In this document: one piece after another, positions 38,918 to 51,083 of the stretch
Numbering within the stretch: position 1 is the stretch's first letter
Layout of the letters: each line of letters starts with the position of its first letter
Source of the DNA: Massalongia carnosa
Taxonomy: Eukaryota
Direction of reading: 5' to 3'
DNA length: 64,000 nucleotides
Assembly (NCBI GenBank): GCA_965645245.1
Contig: OZ287077.1
Span: 1,674,001 to 1,738,000, forward strand
Made by a program: the position numbers and the translations under genes
Notes under the pieces: generated by a model
The model's database searches: none
What the model saw: the letters and a program-made list of their open reading frames with translations, nothing else
What the model was told of the DNA's origin: nothing

Positions 38918-39922
38918 TTAACAACCATGTGCTTTCAGCTGCTCCTCCGTCCAATCCCATAGCTCTCGCGCTAATCTCGCATCTTGCGCATACTTACTGC
39001 CCGTGCTGATGCTCCCTACGGGCTCGTAATAGCTTCCGCTTACCATTTCTTCGCGCCTCCCGGCTGCCGCCCAAAGCTGATTTAAACTCCCGGAAGCCAC
39101 AGTCCCCATCATGAGAAATCCGATCGTCATCATGGCATACCTGACAAGCGCATTCGTCTGCTGACTCGGTCTGTAAAGGTCGGTCTTGATCACTCCCGGG
39201 TGCACTGCGACGGATGTGATACTCGGATAACGAGATGCAAGTTCCCGTGTGAAGAGAATGTTGGCGAGTTTTGATTGTCCGTAGCGCACCCACGTGCCTT
39301 GTGCATCTAATTCCGACTTGTCAAATATAATCCCGCCGTTCGGTGCGAGAAGATGGCATTCGGAGCTTAAATTGACAATACGAACATCCGAGTTGTGTGC
39401 CTTGGCAGTAAAAATAAGAGTTGGAAGAAGCAATTTCGTTAGTAAAGCATGCCCCAAGTAGTTTGTCCCAAACTGTACCTCGTAGCCTTCTTTGGTGGTT
39501 TCCGGCCGGGTCGCCATAATGCCAGCGTTGTTCACTAGAATATCTAGTCGAGTTGAAGATGAATTGACTTCACGTACGGCCGCAGAAATGGATTCGAAGG
39601 AGGACAGATCCAATTGTAGAAAGGAAACCTTGGCCGATGGCACAGCCCGCTTAATCCTCATCACTGCCGCTTCTCCTTTCGATGGCGTGCGCGCTGCGAG
39701 AAAGATATGTGAGGGCGTGTGCTTTGCCAATTGAAGGACCGTCTCTTCGCCGAGTCCGGCATTACCTACGAGACACAATTAGGTCAGGCAATAGATTAGT
39801 TAGAGTAGAGCTCCAACGTTACCTCCAGTGACAAGAATGACTTTCCCATCGAGATCTACAATATCGTCGTCGGGGACAAACCTTCCGCGCCATAAAAAGC
39901 TCCGTGGGATTAAATGAGGCAC
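38918..39922 (-). CDS. Short-chain dehydrogenase/reductase (retinol dehydrogenase-like); start codon uncertain
   Basis: Motifs GKVILVTG|GNAGLG, LVNNAGIMA, FGTNYLGH, YGQSKLAN and VHPGVIKT, with one intron inside the TGxxxGxG motif. Confidence 0.85.
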
Positions 39923-40924
39923 GTTGGCACTGGCCGCTGCGATTGGATGGAGCAAACATTGTAGTAGCAGAGGGCGAAAGTCTGTCAACTCCGCCCATGC
40001 CTCCAAGAAAGGTAGACTGGCTATAACTGGCTGCTGAGAGCGTGAAGGCGAATTGGCGTCATCATCATCACGAGTATTTTCATTCATCAGATCTTCTAAC
40101 CAGCACGTTTCGGTTACGTCTCTAGAATTGAGGCTCCTAGCCAACTCGGTGATAGGTGGGGTACCTAGCTCGATAGCTTCAAGAAAAGAGACAAAGACTT
40201 CTATGCTACACTTTTGGCGTCCGCTAGCTAGAGATACTACCTGCTAATTTTTATCCCACCATTTCATCATATAGTAGTAACATCATCTTACCAATTATAT
40301 GACAGTAATGAATGAAGTCTTCGTCATTTCATTGTCTTCATTGTCCTCAAAATTATGTTAGATTCGTCTCGTGAAAACAGTTTACAAAACTTCCATCTTA
40401 TCGCTCTAACAACCAACCAGAAGGGGTTGGTTTTCCCAAATCTGCGGCGGCTGCTGCTTGGTGGCTTGTCATCCTATCAAGGAATCGAAGAGAAAAAACA
40501 CTCCCCGGTACATGGTAGAGGGCCAAGGCTTGCAGTTTCTCCGGATTATCGCACCTGATGGCACGGACTCATCAATCCGTACTTTCCACAATCTTCATTT
40601 ACAGATATTTTAGTACACTAGAATGCCTCATGTACGCTGACATCGAAGCTAAATGGCTCTAGGCCACTACAAACGATCCAAATCCAGCGCTGGGCAAGAT
40701 TTGCAAGTCTGGAACCCTTCAACGCCTTTGCAAAATGTAACCTTAAACGGTTAAACTGTCTCCGATGACGACCTTTCATCCGGAGAAGACCGTGCTCTGC
40801 AGGACGCCCCATATGCGCTTTCAAAACCACCTGCGGATTTAGAACGATTGAGAGCTTGCCATGAGTCATGATGTAGATTTATTCTGTACTATGTGCTCTG
40901 TACTCCTTACAGAGCACTCTGTAG

Positions 40925-43116
40925 TTAGTAGTCAAAGGACTCAGTATGCAAGTAAATTCCTTGCGCTCCGCTACCTTTGTGTACTGCTCTTTCATCACTT
41001 AGCGCAACAATGCACTGGCGTATGTCATCGACTAGGCCTTGAGGTCCGCACACCACAATAGCGCTTTCTCCCAAGGCTTGCTCGAGTAGCTTTCGTATTA
41101 GGTTCGTCGGTCGTGGCCGACCCGAGAGCATGGCGATCGTAGGATGGAATGATCTGGCCACAGGCTTTTCCGGGTTCAGAGGTGAAGAAGGCTGTTCTCC
41201 GGAAGAGGAAGATTCAGCGCTAAGCTTTGGCTCTGGAGATTTTCGGCTCTCGCTACCACACCGGCATTGACAGCTCTTGGTCCCATTGGATACGTCACTC
41301 TCATATTCAATGGTCTCGATACAGTAACACGTGCCGTTAGGTCCACAGCTTAAATTCAAATCTTGAGGATTCTCTGAGTATGATGCAGCGGAATGGAGTG
41401 AAATATTGTCCTCGGTCTTCGTGTTGTTCTTTGACGAGTTCGATGAACCAAGCGTTTCTCTAGGTTTGCTATGCGTTGGAGTAGGACGCGCTGACTCGGC
41501 TGTTCCCTTATTATTTGTTATGAGATCTTTGTCACAAGTGACATAAATGCTCATATCAATTTTAAAATCGTAACCGTTACCTCTAAGGTGCTCGACGTCT
41601 TGAGCAACAACACTTAACTGGGTACCGAACCATGCGAACTGGTCCTTTGATTTGACAACCCAAACAAATCGAATATATCGTGTTGCTACACCACCAGGTA
41701 ATCGAAAGAGACCTTGAGATGGTTTGTCGCCCTTCCACGAGGCCACGATGTCCCTCATCAGCGGAACAGTGAAGGTACCCCCGCTACTTCCGGCAATGAG
41801 CATAACGCTATCAAATTGTTGCAGAGGCCGTATACGTCCATAAGCCCCTTCAATGACCACAGAGGATATTTGACTCACCGTACGAATTCCAGTGGTCGAA
41901 GGGAGGCCCCGGTTCTTCAGGGCATGAGCTAAAAACCGTTTTGTTCCTCCAGACTTTGACTTGACAAGAAACTCCATCCTACCGTCCTGGGGTATGGAAG
42001 CAATAGTGAAAGGGTGAGATTGAAACGGTGCTATGGAGTGGCAAGATAGTAGCACGTGTTGACCTACATGCCAACTTATCGGTGGATCGTCGATAATGAT
42101 GCGTGTCATGTTCGAACCTAGTGGTTCAAATGTAGCTTTGCACGCCCAAAAACCCTCCCGGTACTTCGATGGATAGAATACTGATAAATTTGCATAGAGA
42201 ACCAGAAGAGCTCGGACAACTCGGTCAAAGAGTGCAATCCCGATTGAAATCCAAACCCATACTTTCCCTTCAGCTGGAACGTGTAAGTAAACTGCTGCCG
42301 TGAAGCCAGCAAACGTCAGGATGTGCTGAATGATGAAGAACTCGTAATTCCATCTTCGGATTGGAGCAAAGGAACTGAGTACGATCCACAACATAATGCA
42401 CCACGCTGCAAAGCCCCTCTTCGTAATAGCATCTTTGGTCAGCTTGAACGTGATATAGTCATATCTCGCCCAATCGACGAACCAAAAACCCATATGAATC
42501 GTCACTATAAGGAACAGGATCCGAGCAGTCCATCGATGTAACCAACTCAGCCTCTCATAGCTACAGCCTACGAGGAGTCCAATAATATTGCTCTTGCTAG
42601 CAAGCAGAAAGACCAAGGGCATTTGGGCCAGAGCGATGAAACCAGTTCGGTACCCGAGGTCCTCCCATTGCCACTGGTCGTTCGGATTCAACTTATAAAA
42701 GCAAAGGACCACCACCATCACCAGCTCCGCTGACACCAACAGAACACGACCCAAAGGGGGTGTCGTCCAGCGAAACCTTGATGAGAAAGCTAGAGGAAAG
42801 CTAACATAAGTCACTTCTCTTGATGTTGCCATCACGGTTGCGATGCTCGTCGTTAGGAATGCTACTGGCTTCGCTGGTGTGTCATGTCCCTGGCTAGCCA
42901 CCAGTAATCTTGGTCTCCCGTTAGGTCAACCTCTCCATAGAACAGGCCTGCTTACCTTTGCCTGCAAAGAGCCTTATTGTATATGTTTATAGCCGTTGCG
43001 GTCGCAATTACTGCCCCTACAACGGCCCAATACATTTTTTGCATGTAAAATAGGCCAGGAACCCCATCGCCTATCGACATATTCCCCATGCCGCCATCCA
43101 TACTCATACCCGACAT
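40925..43116 (-). CDS. Ferric/cupric reductase (FRE family flavocytochrome); short intron ~42955-42909
   Basis: Heme His pairs (WLHRW...TIHMG, IQHIL...YLHV), FAD motif HPFTIAS, NADPH motifs IEGAYG and IAGSSGGTF, plus VCGP and C-terminal HTESFDY. The N-terminus is Met-rich (MSGMSMDGGMGNMS). Confidence 0.93.
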
Positions 43117-43777
43117 ATCTATCTGATAGTGTAACAAATGACCTGTCTTGTAACAAAATAAGACAAATCTACGGTCTTCTGTCCAATATTGAGGAACGAT
43201 CTAATGCAAAAACACGTTTCCAAAAATGTGAACAGAGGCTCAAGACCATTGAGTTTATAATGCTTTTGTTCGCAGTGGCTGTTCAGAAAGCTAATATTTG
43301 GATAATCAAGGAGTGTGACAAGTGTAAAGAAAAGGTAAATGACTTAGCACAGGAAGATCTAAGTAAGGCTGAAAGCATAAAATCCACATATTTTTGAATG
43401 ACTGGTTGAAATTAGAGAAAGAAATGCTGATCTTGTGGCACGAGTGGGGGAAGAAAGACAAAGATAGCGTCAAAGGGATCTTCTCTAGCCCCGGGACGTT
43501 TTATCCATTGGTAAAAATTCAGAGAGTAGGCATTGTACCTCCGAGTTTTTGGCTGCGTTCAATTGAGCAAGTTTTTCTAGGGGGTGATGGCTCTATCTCT
43601 CTTTGAGGATTTCCCTCTTTTCTTGGGGAAGCCGCATGCCCGTTCTAGGATTGCATTTCATCGATTTTATCTTTACTTAATTTTGACATATTCCGAGGGT
43701 TTTGGTATTGAATGAGACGAATCCACTTCGTTTCTAACGTTCACCCTGTTAAGACAATATTTCTCATCAGCCTTAAG

Positions 43778-44420
43778 ATGCATTCGCACTCAAGCTCCAC
43801 GTCGTCTCCTTCAGATTCTGCTACGATGCCTATGTCAATGATGCAAATGGCCTTTTTCACCTCTACAACCACGCCACTTTACTCTACTGCTTGGATACCA
43901 ACAAGCCCCGGCTCGTATGCAGGGACCTGTATCTTTCTCATCGTTCTCGCTTTTATCTTTCGAGGCCTGTTCGCCGGAAAACATTTACTCGAGCATCGAT
44001 GGATGGACAAAGAGCTTAATCGGAGACACGTCAGCGTGCGTGGTGTTCCAACCGAGACCGAACGCATCAACGCAGACCGGGAAGGCAAGAGCGCAACGCT
44101 GGTAATGGAGCGAGGGGTAGAGGAACATGTAAGGGTGGTCCGGAGGCATAAGAGAAGTGTTTCGCCTTGGAGGCTCAGCGTGGACCTGCCACGAGCTGCC
44201 TATGTCACTTTGACTGTGGGAGTGGGTTACCTATTGTACGTTTAATTTCAGTAGTCTCGAGGTTACTTTGATGAAGAAATCCGGCTACGTGGTGATTAAC
44301 AGTCTTTCCAGGATGCTTGCTGTCATGACCATGAACGTCGGATACTTCCTATCGGTCCTCAGCGGTACATTCGTTGGAGAGCTCGCAGTCGGGCGATATG
44401 CAGAGCTCGAGGAGCATTGA
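43778..44420 (+). CDS. Ctr-family high-affinity copper transporter; intron 44236-44311
   Basis: His/Met-rich N-terminus (MHSHS...MPMSMMQMAF), conserved GYLL|MLAVMTMN (MxxxM) and GTFVG (GxxxG) in TM3. Confidence 0.93.
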
Positions 44421-45182
44421 GATAGCATGAGAGTTTTTTTGTTTACACAGCGATGGAGTTTGGGTACTATACGACTGGGATATTTCCCACTTACTGCGTC
44501 AATGAGCTTGATTGAGTGCTAACATCCATTCAACTTACTTTGATCGATAGTTTCCACATAGAGAATTCTGTACTCGATAAATAATTTCAATCTCCCCTGA
44601 TGTTCCCGACCCCCACGATTCCGACTGTTCGGAACTGATGTGACCCTGCGTAGCCGAGTATATTGGCGAAACGCTAACGCTGACGAGCATGTCCCGTGAG
44701 CTCGTTCAGCCCCTGTGCATGATAAACTGCAGAAACCTGCTCAAACTTTCTCACCACTAGCCAGGAATAATCTAATAAATGGTAACATCGTGGAGTGATA
44801 CAGAGTACTGGGTTCAAATATGGCACATGGCTGGATGAGCCGGAAGCGTCAGCTTGAGTATTGACCAATAGCTTGACCTTACCGCCGACAACTCAAGACC
44901 TGACTGTGTTTAAAGGCCAAAAATATAATACATAGAGAGGCGAATGAGGTAAAATACTCTCATTTGAGCATGTTTCGTATCGATGAATACAACGCCGCCT
45001 TTCCTTTGTCCTTTCTTCCTTCTGATTCGATCGAACCTACATCACTGTCATCCTTGATCACCCAACTGCTCATATTTTCATCAAACAGTAATACATTCAC
45101 GACTTCTGCAGTCTATAGAATACTACTTCCATACAATCAGTTCCACAATATCTCCTTAAAGTCCCCTCTCACCATCCTCAAC

Positions 45183-46038
45183 ATGCAGCCCACAGCTCTC
45201 GTCTCCACGCTTCTCCTTCTCCTCCCCTTAGCATCCTCACACTTCACCCTCCAGTCCCCCGAGGTCCGTGGTTTTGATGAAGACAAGCTTGGGAACTTCC
45301 CCTGCGGCGGCCAAGACTTCAACGGGAAGCGCACCCCATGGCCTCTCACCGGCGGGCCCATCCAGCTGAATATGGAGCACGATCGTTCCGCTGTGCAGGT
45401 GCTCCTCGGCCTGGGTAACGATGTGGGTGACAACTTTAATATCATTCTGCAGCCTACGCTGCAGGAGCAAGGGATCGGGGACTTTTGCTTAGACAATGTT
45501 GTACGTGGAAGCTTTTCTCAGGAAGGCGGGAGCATTAGGAACTGAAATCGTTAGAATATTCCTAAGAGCTTAAACATCACCTCTGGTCAAAACGCGACTA
45601 TCCAAGTCGTCACCAACGGCGACACCAATGGCGGTCTATACAACGTTTGTACTCCCTTTCCCCTCTACCCTCCGGCTCCTCCTCCCGTCACCCATCACAT
45701 CATTTCCTAACTCCCCTTCCCCCAAAAACCAGTGCGCAGATATAACCTTCCTCGACTCCGCCCCCACTCCCTCCGAATGTAAAAATGGGAAAGGCGTTTC
45801 CACCGCCAAATACACCGGCAAATACACCAACGCGAACGGCACGGACGCTGTGAGCGGATCTTCCGCCACTCCGTCTGGCACCGCTACTACCACCGCTACT
45901 TCCACCGCTGCAAGCTCCAGGTCCGGGACTGCCGCGCCGGCGGCTACAACATCGAAGCCATCGGGCGCGTTGAGGAATTTGGTCGCGGGGAAATCGTGGG
46001 GAGTTTTGATGATGGTGGGGCTGGCAGTGCTGTTATAG
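45183..46038 (+). CDS. GPI-anchored copper-binding BIM1/X325 (LPMO-like) family protein; 2 introns
   Basis: Signal peptide ends immediately before His (LASS|HFTLQSP..RGFDED..FPCGG). A second His (MEHD) follows, then DFCL, NATIQVVTNGDTNGGLYN|CADITF, a Ser/Thr stalk and a hydrophobic GPI signal. Confidence 0.85.
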
Positions 46039-47449
46039 AGGTTATTTGGAGAGGTAAAGCCGGGGTGGGAGCGAAAGGTTGGATCTGCCCTGTATTTTAC
46101 CCCGAGGTTCAAGCTCAGTGATCTTAAATCTTGCCTCCAACATACGAGCGCTGCTCCACAGGTTCGTCTCTCAAGGTCACAACTCTTGAATACATCAACC
46201 TGCCAATATCAAACATTGGGCATCTTTCCCGCTCCCTCATGTTCCTGTAGCTACATACGGCTTTAAATGAAGTTGGCATTACAAGATACGGTGCGCAGCT
46301 CATCACCCTACCTTCATAAACACACATCAAGAATGTCTAACCTTTCTAAACTTTTTTTTAGTCCTTTAGTCTAATAAAGTAAATAAAGAAAACCGGAAAC
46401 TTAAAAACTAAAATTACGCCTAACTCGGGAGAAGAAAGATCAAGAAAAACTTAGAGACTAGAAAATCCACGACCTGATGCAAATGTCCATCCGAATGCTC
46501 AAAACGCTATGAAATGTTCGAAGTAACTGCATGTCGCTAGCCACGGAGCGTGGCTAGAATTTTTTTAGAGATAATATTAGCGCAGCGTGGGTGAACTGGA
46601 GACCTTTCGTTCAGGTCTTCCGAAAATGATGCGCTGAGCGTGAAAATCCGAACCGAAGTTACCGAAAGAGTAGGATTTTGCATAGTTGTGTAGAGAAATG
46701 GAGTGTAGTCTAGCGAAATTTGGGGAGATACGGCAAAAGGGTTGGTAATATCGCCATAGAGAGCTCTAGCGGAAGGTATGGTTTTAGAGCTATCCTGCCC
46801 AGTGTATCGTATGAATGAAGAGGTAACTCAATAGAGTCAAGATGAAAGCCTTTAGAACTAAAATTTTTCGCAGTACTAGAACACAAACGAGGCTTTAAAG
46901 ATTGATTGGAAAGGCGGCTTTAAATAGGAGGATCGTGAATGGGACAGTGGTTGCTGAGACCTTCGATTCACCTCATATGTCCACGAATACTGCGGTGAGA
47001 ATTAAGATGCGAAGTCCAAGTTTGGACGCAAATTAGCATAAAGGATAGAGGAAGGTGCCAAAAATAAAATCCGTGCTGCATTAGGGAAGAAGCAGTGAAT
47101 CGGTTTGGTGAATGGTGACTTTTGAAAAAATAGGCTAACCCAGCCAACTGCTTGGACGTTTCTGTACATATTTGATGCTGCGTGGAAAATGAAGATTTGA
47201 TTCGGTGTTGCGAAGGAAGAGTTTTGAATGAAGAGAAGAATAGTGTAGGTGAATAATGCGCTGTAAATGAAGTTGCGATCCACCCAGTTCTTAAAAACGG
47301 CGTTTTGAAAGTATGAGATGTGTCTACTCTAGGTGATTTAGAGACCGTCTTTCGAATTCATTACTTCGAAGGTCAGCGAGAAAGCGGGCATTCCGATCCA
47401 GCAGAAATTCCTATCTCGAAGAAATGAAATCTATGCAGCCTCCTCACTA

Positions 47450-48787
47450 CTAATCGTCCTTTAAGCCGCACAAATCGAAGCCGAACTTGCAATCAATCCA
47501 ATAGCAGGCTTTCCAATACAGGCTCGCGTTTGCCCAATCAAAATCGCCATTGTCAAGAATTGGCACGCCATCGCCGATCATGTCTCCTGGAAGCCAACCT
47601 GCAGCCGAAAGGCGGGCGATAAAGGATTCAAACCAGGTGGGTTGGGGAAGAAAGGCTTCATGTGCAGGGCGGAGCACAGCGCGGGGGATGTCGGGAAAGT
47701 GAGTATAGAAGTCTGGATTGCGGGTTGAGGCTTGAGGAGTGCTTGAAGCGGGTCGGTTGTGGAGGTCGGGATAAGATGCTTCAGGTGCGGTTGCCGTGGC
47801 TGAGGAAGCGGTAGAGGAAGAGGAACGGGAGACCTGGCAATTTGCCTGGGATGTAGTGGCGCTGGTAAATGAGCGGGGTAGGGTTGCTGCTGCTCCATTA
47901 GAGTAGGCGTTATTTTTTTGTGCAAATGATGGTCCCAATGTTTGGGATGCTCTTCGAATGGCCTGACCATTGCTGGAAATATTTAATGTCTTCTCTGGTA
48001 TGCGAGAGATTAGCGGCGCGTCAATGTCAGGCCCTCTACCTAAGTATGGTTTCGCGTATATCCAGTGGCCTTGAATGAAGTGTGGAGAGTGGTAAATAGC
48101 ACGCTCTGCGGCCTCTTCCGAATCGAAAGTGACTTTGATCCAACACTTTCCTCCGTCATATTTGCTAGCAAGCGTGCTCTCTGCTTGAGTAAGACGCCGT
48201 GGGCGAACGATGCTAGAAGCACTGAAGTCAGTTTTGTATTTACGACGCTCAAATGGAGGGTCCCGCTCGTAGTCTTCGCAAATCATGCCCTTCGATACAC
48301 CCTCGTAGAATGCGATGGCGGCCCACTGGGTGCTTGGAGAATATCCATATAGATAAATCTGATATGGCTCGTTAAGGATAACCGGGGGAGGATGTGATGC
48401 GGGATTGCTGTCATTCCGAGCTTTTTCGTCAAGTTCCTCTGCCTCTTTTCTAAGATCGTGCCTTAATGCGCGCTCAAAGCCCTCTAAGGTAGGATTCTCC
48501 TTCTTTGCTGGTGTAGCGGTTCTTGTGCCTCGTGATGATCCATTGCGCCTCTTAGATTTACCAAACGGACCTTTCTCTTCTACGTATCGTTTCTGGCCCT
48601 GAGCATTTGGATGATCGCTTAATGAAGGTCAGCAAAAAGGTCGTACTCACCAATAGATAGACTCAATATGAACTTACTCCGGCCATTCTAGACTCCAAGG
48701 CAGCTTATTACCTTTGCTATCTACCGCCCTCTCTTCGTAAGGGACTGCATGGAATTGGGTTGGGCGCCCTATAGCTGGATCGGCCAT
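47450..48787 (-). CDS. Nup53/Nup35-type RRM domain protein; 1 intron
   Basis: RRM-like segments IYLYGYSPSTQWAAIAFYE and WIKVTFDSEEAAERAI..SPHFIQGHWIYAKPY, typical of the Pezizomycotina Nup53-like family. Family assignment is from recall. Confidence 0.65.
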
Positions 48788-49016
48788 CTTCTGTCTTTTT
48801 GGTGATGGAGGGTGAATTAACTCCGTGCGCCCATTCCTACCATATCTGACGGTAACTTTCTCCATTACTCCGTCATCTCGCTTGCGCTTGATAAGTCGCC
48901 TGCGTATGGAAATTTAGATTAGCGCGATATAGCCGAGACACGTCAAACTTGAACCTAAGAGAACATAAATTAAGGGGAAAATCGCAAGTGATGAACAATG
49001 ATGTTGAGGTAGGTTA

Positions 49017-50020
49017 CTTACGACCCACAGTCGTCATCCTCTATGCATCTCTTAAAAAACCGAGAAGACTCTGCTTGCGCCCGCGCGAGCAAAGCCTCTT
49101 TCTCCGGCCCTTCCTCCCGCGCCTTCAAAATATCCATCGTATGATAGTCATTGGTAAAAATGGTGCGGGTCCAGCCCGCCGTCTCCAGAACTTCGGCGAG
49201 TTGCTATTCTTGCCGGTACACGTATTTCCAGCGTCTGACTGCTTCTTCGAAGCATTGAAATTTAAAGTCGTCCTCGACTATCTGCATTACCACTACCTCG
49301 TATTCACCTCCCACGTCAGTGGTGCTTTTCCCCACCCAGCAAACGGAAAACCGACCACCTCTCGAGGCGACCGCCTCGACTCTTGAAAGTACCACCCTAC
49401 TAAGTGGTACCATACTGCTGGTTTGGTAGTGGCAAGCCAAAGCAGTTGTCCCACTGCCATCTCTACTTCCGTGTGGCCCCAGCTGGCCATCGGCGGTATG
49501 GAGGCAGAGGAAGAGACCGACAAGGAGGAGCGGCCACCAAGTGTGGCAGGTTTGTGGTGATAGGAGGAGGCGCGAGCATGACTGCAGGAGGAGGGGGAGG
49601 GGGCGATGACGACTGTGCTGCCACAATAGAGGGTGGAGGAAGCGGCGCAGAGGCGGGCGGGGGTGCTGGTCCGACCACTAGCCTAGATGCAGCAGCAAGG
49701 GTAAGTGGGTTGGGGGCTGGAGGCGCCGTGGTGGCCACAGGAGGAGCCACTGTAGCTGTCGTCGACGCAGGGACGACAAGCGACCCACCAGACGGCAATA
49801 TCCTGAACCCTAAGGGTACAGCAGCCCCCGCTGGCGGGGGTGTTTCACGACTTGGGGCTGAGCTTCTCACCCTACTGGCGCCGGCTCTCAACCTAGTTGC
49901 CTCCGCCGCAGAGACAACGTCGGAGTCATGGCTATCGCCCTGTCTTGGCTGGAGCGTCCGCTCCCCCATCCCTTCCACCGCCTGTCCCTCCCCAGTTGCA
50001 AGCATCCGACGCTTGCCCAT
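49017..50020 (-). pseudogene. Pro/Ala-rich orphan reading frame broken by TAG stops and a frameshift
   Basis: Coding-like sequence continues past the stops at 49463 and 49204 (…VYRQE*QLAEVLETAGWTRTIF…CIEDDDCGS*). Confidence 0.4.
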
Positions 50021-51083
50021 GTTTACGGCACGGAAGATGCGGTGAATGAGGTAGGTGAATTGAGGAAGTTCTGTATTGGTGATCAAGCTCGGAGCGAAGA
50101 AAGATTGGTGTTGTGACTTATGTTGGTGAAGAAAGGCGAGTTAAGGTAAAAGGTGCTGTGTTGGCAGTGAATTTTGCTTGAAGATAGGTCTTACTTCAAG
50201 ATAAGATTTGTTTGCACTAAATGTACAAATCAGTGATCAAGGAAGAAAGGGTGAATTTAGGGAAGAATTCTGTGTTTATATCTATGGAGCTAATTGGGTT
50301 CTAGGGACTACAATAAGAGTTTCCCCTAGCTTTTCAGTAAAACCTCAAAGCAAAGTGTTGCGAAAAAACAACTGCAAAAATTTCTCCACCGTGCCATTAT
50401 CTACGACTGTTGTGGAACAAATCCCTATTGTCAACTCAAGATCATGAAACAAATCCCCACCCTCCTTTCTGCTTAGGCATTATGTTACAGTTTCAGAAAG
50501 TGCAATACCAACTCTGCTATCTGTAAGCTTGTGGTTATGGGTTTTTGGATTGGAGGAAGCGAGGTAAGTTTTGGATGACAATAGAAGGGAGACCAGCATT
50601 GAAATAAACAAGCGGCGAGGAATTGAAATGTTGAAGGGAGAGGTCATTGAGGGCATCGAAGAGATGAAACATCTTTTAGGCAAGGCCAATTAGTATGAGA
50701 AGCATAAGATTGCTTAGGCTATTGAGTGGTTATAGTCAATGGCAAGTTGAAATCATGAGTCGACGACCTTAGGTTATATTACTCTATAGACGTTAAGGAT
50801 CGAGATTGAGCTTGGAATAGAAGTTGATAATAGAAATTAATAAATATTCTGACTCAACTCATCAATGTTCAATGTCGAAAATATAAGTGTCTTCACCGAG
50901 CAGTATCCCCATATGATATCATAATAGGGCAAGAAACTAATGTCAACTCTCTCGAGAATCGATCCATCATCCGTCTCGTACAGCTTCATTCCCTATCCCT
51001 GAAAAGGGCAAAACGAGAAAAAGACCGAAGCTAAATCATACCACCCAAATACCACCTCGAAGCTGCTGAGAAACGTCCACTCC

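Noticed and set aside
46451..46713. Group I intron R/S-like elements (AGAGACTAGA ... GTGTAGTCT)
   Set aside because: No P/Q elements or host-gene context; a 6-bp complement is easily due to chance.
48619..48678. Second donor (GTGAGT) inside the Nup53-like intron as a twin intron
   Set aside because: The intron is only ~60 nt with a single branch point and acceptor, too short for two introns.
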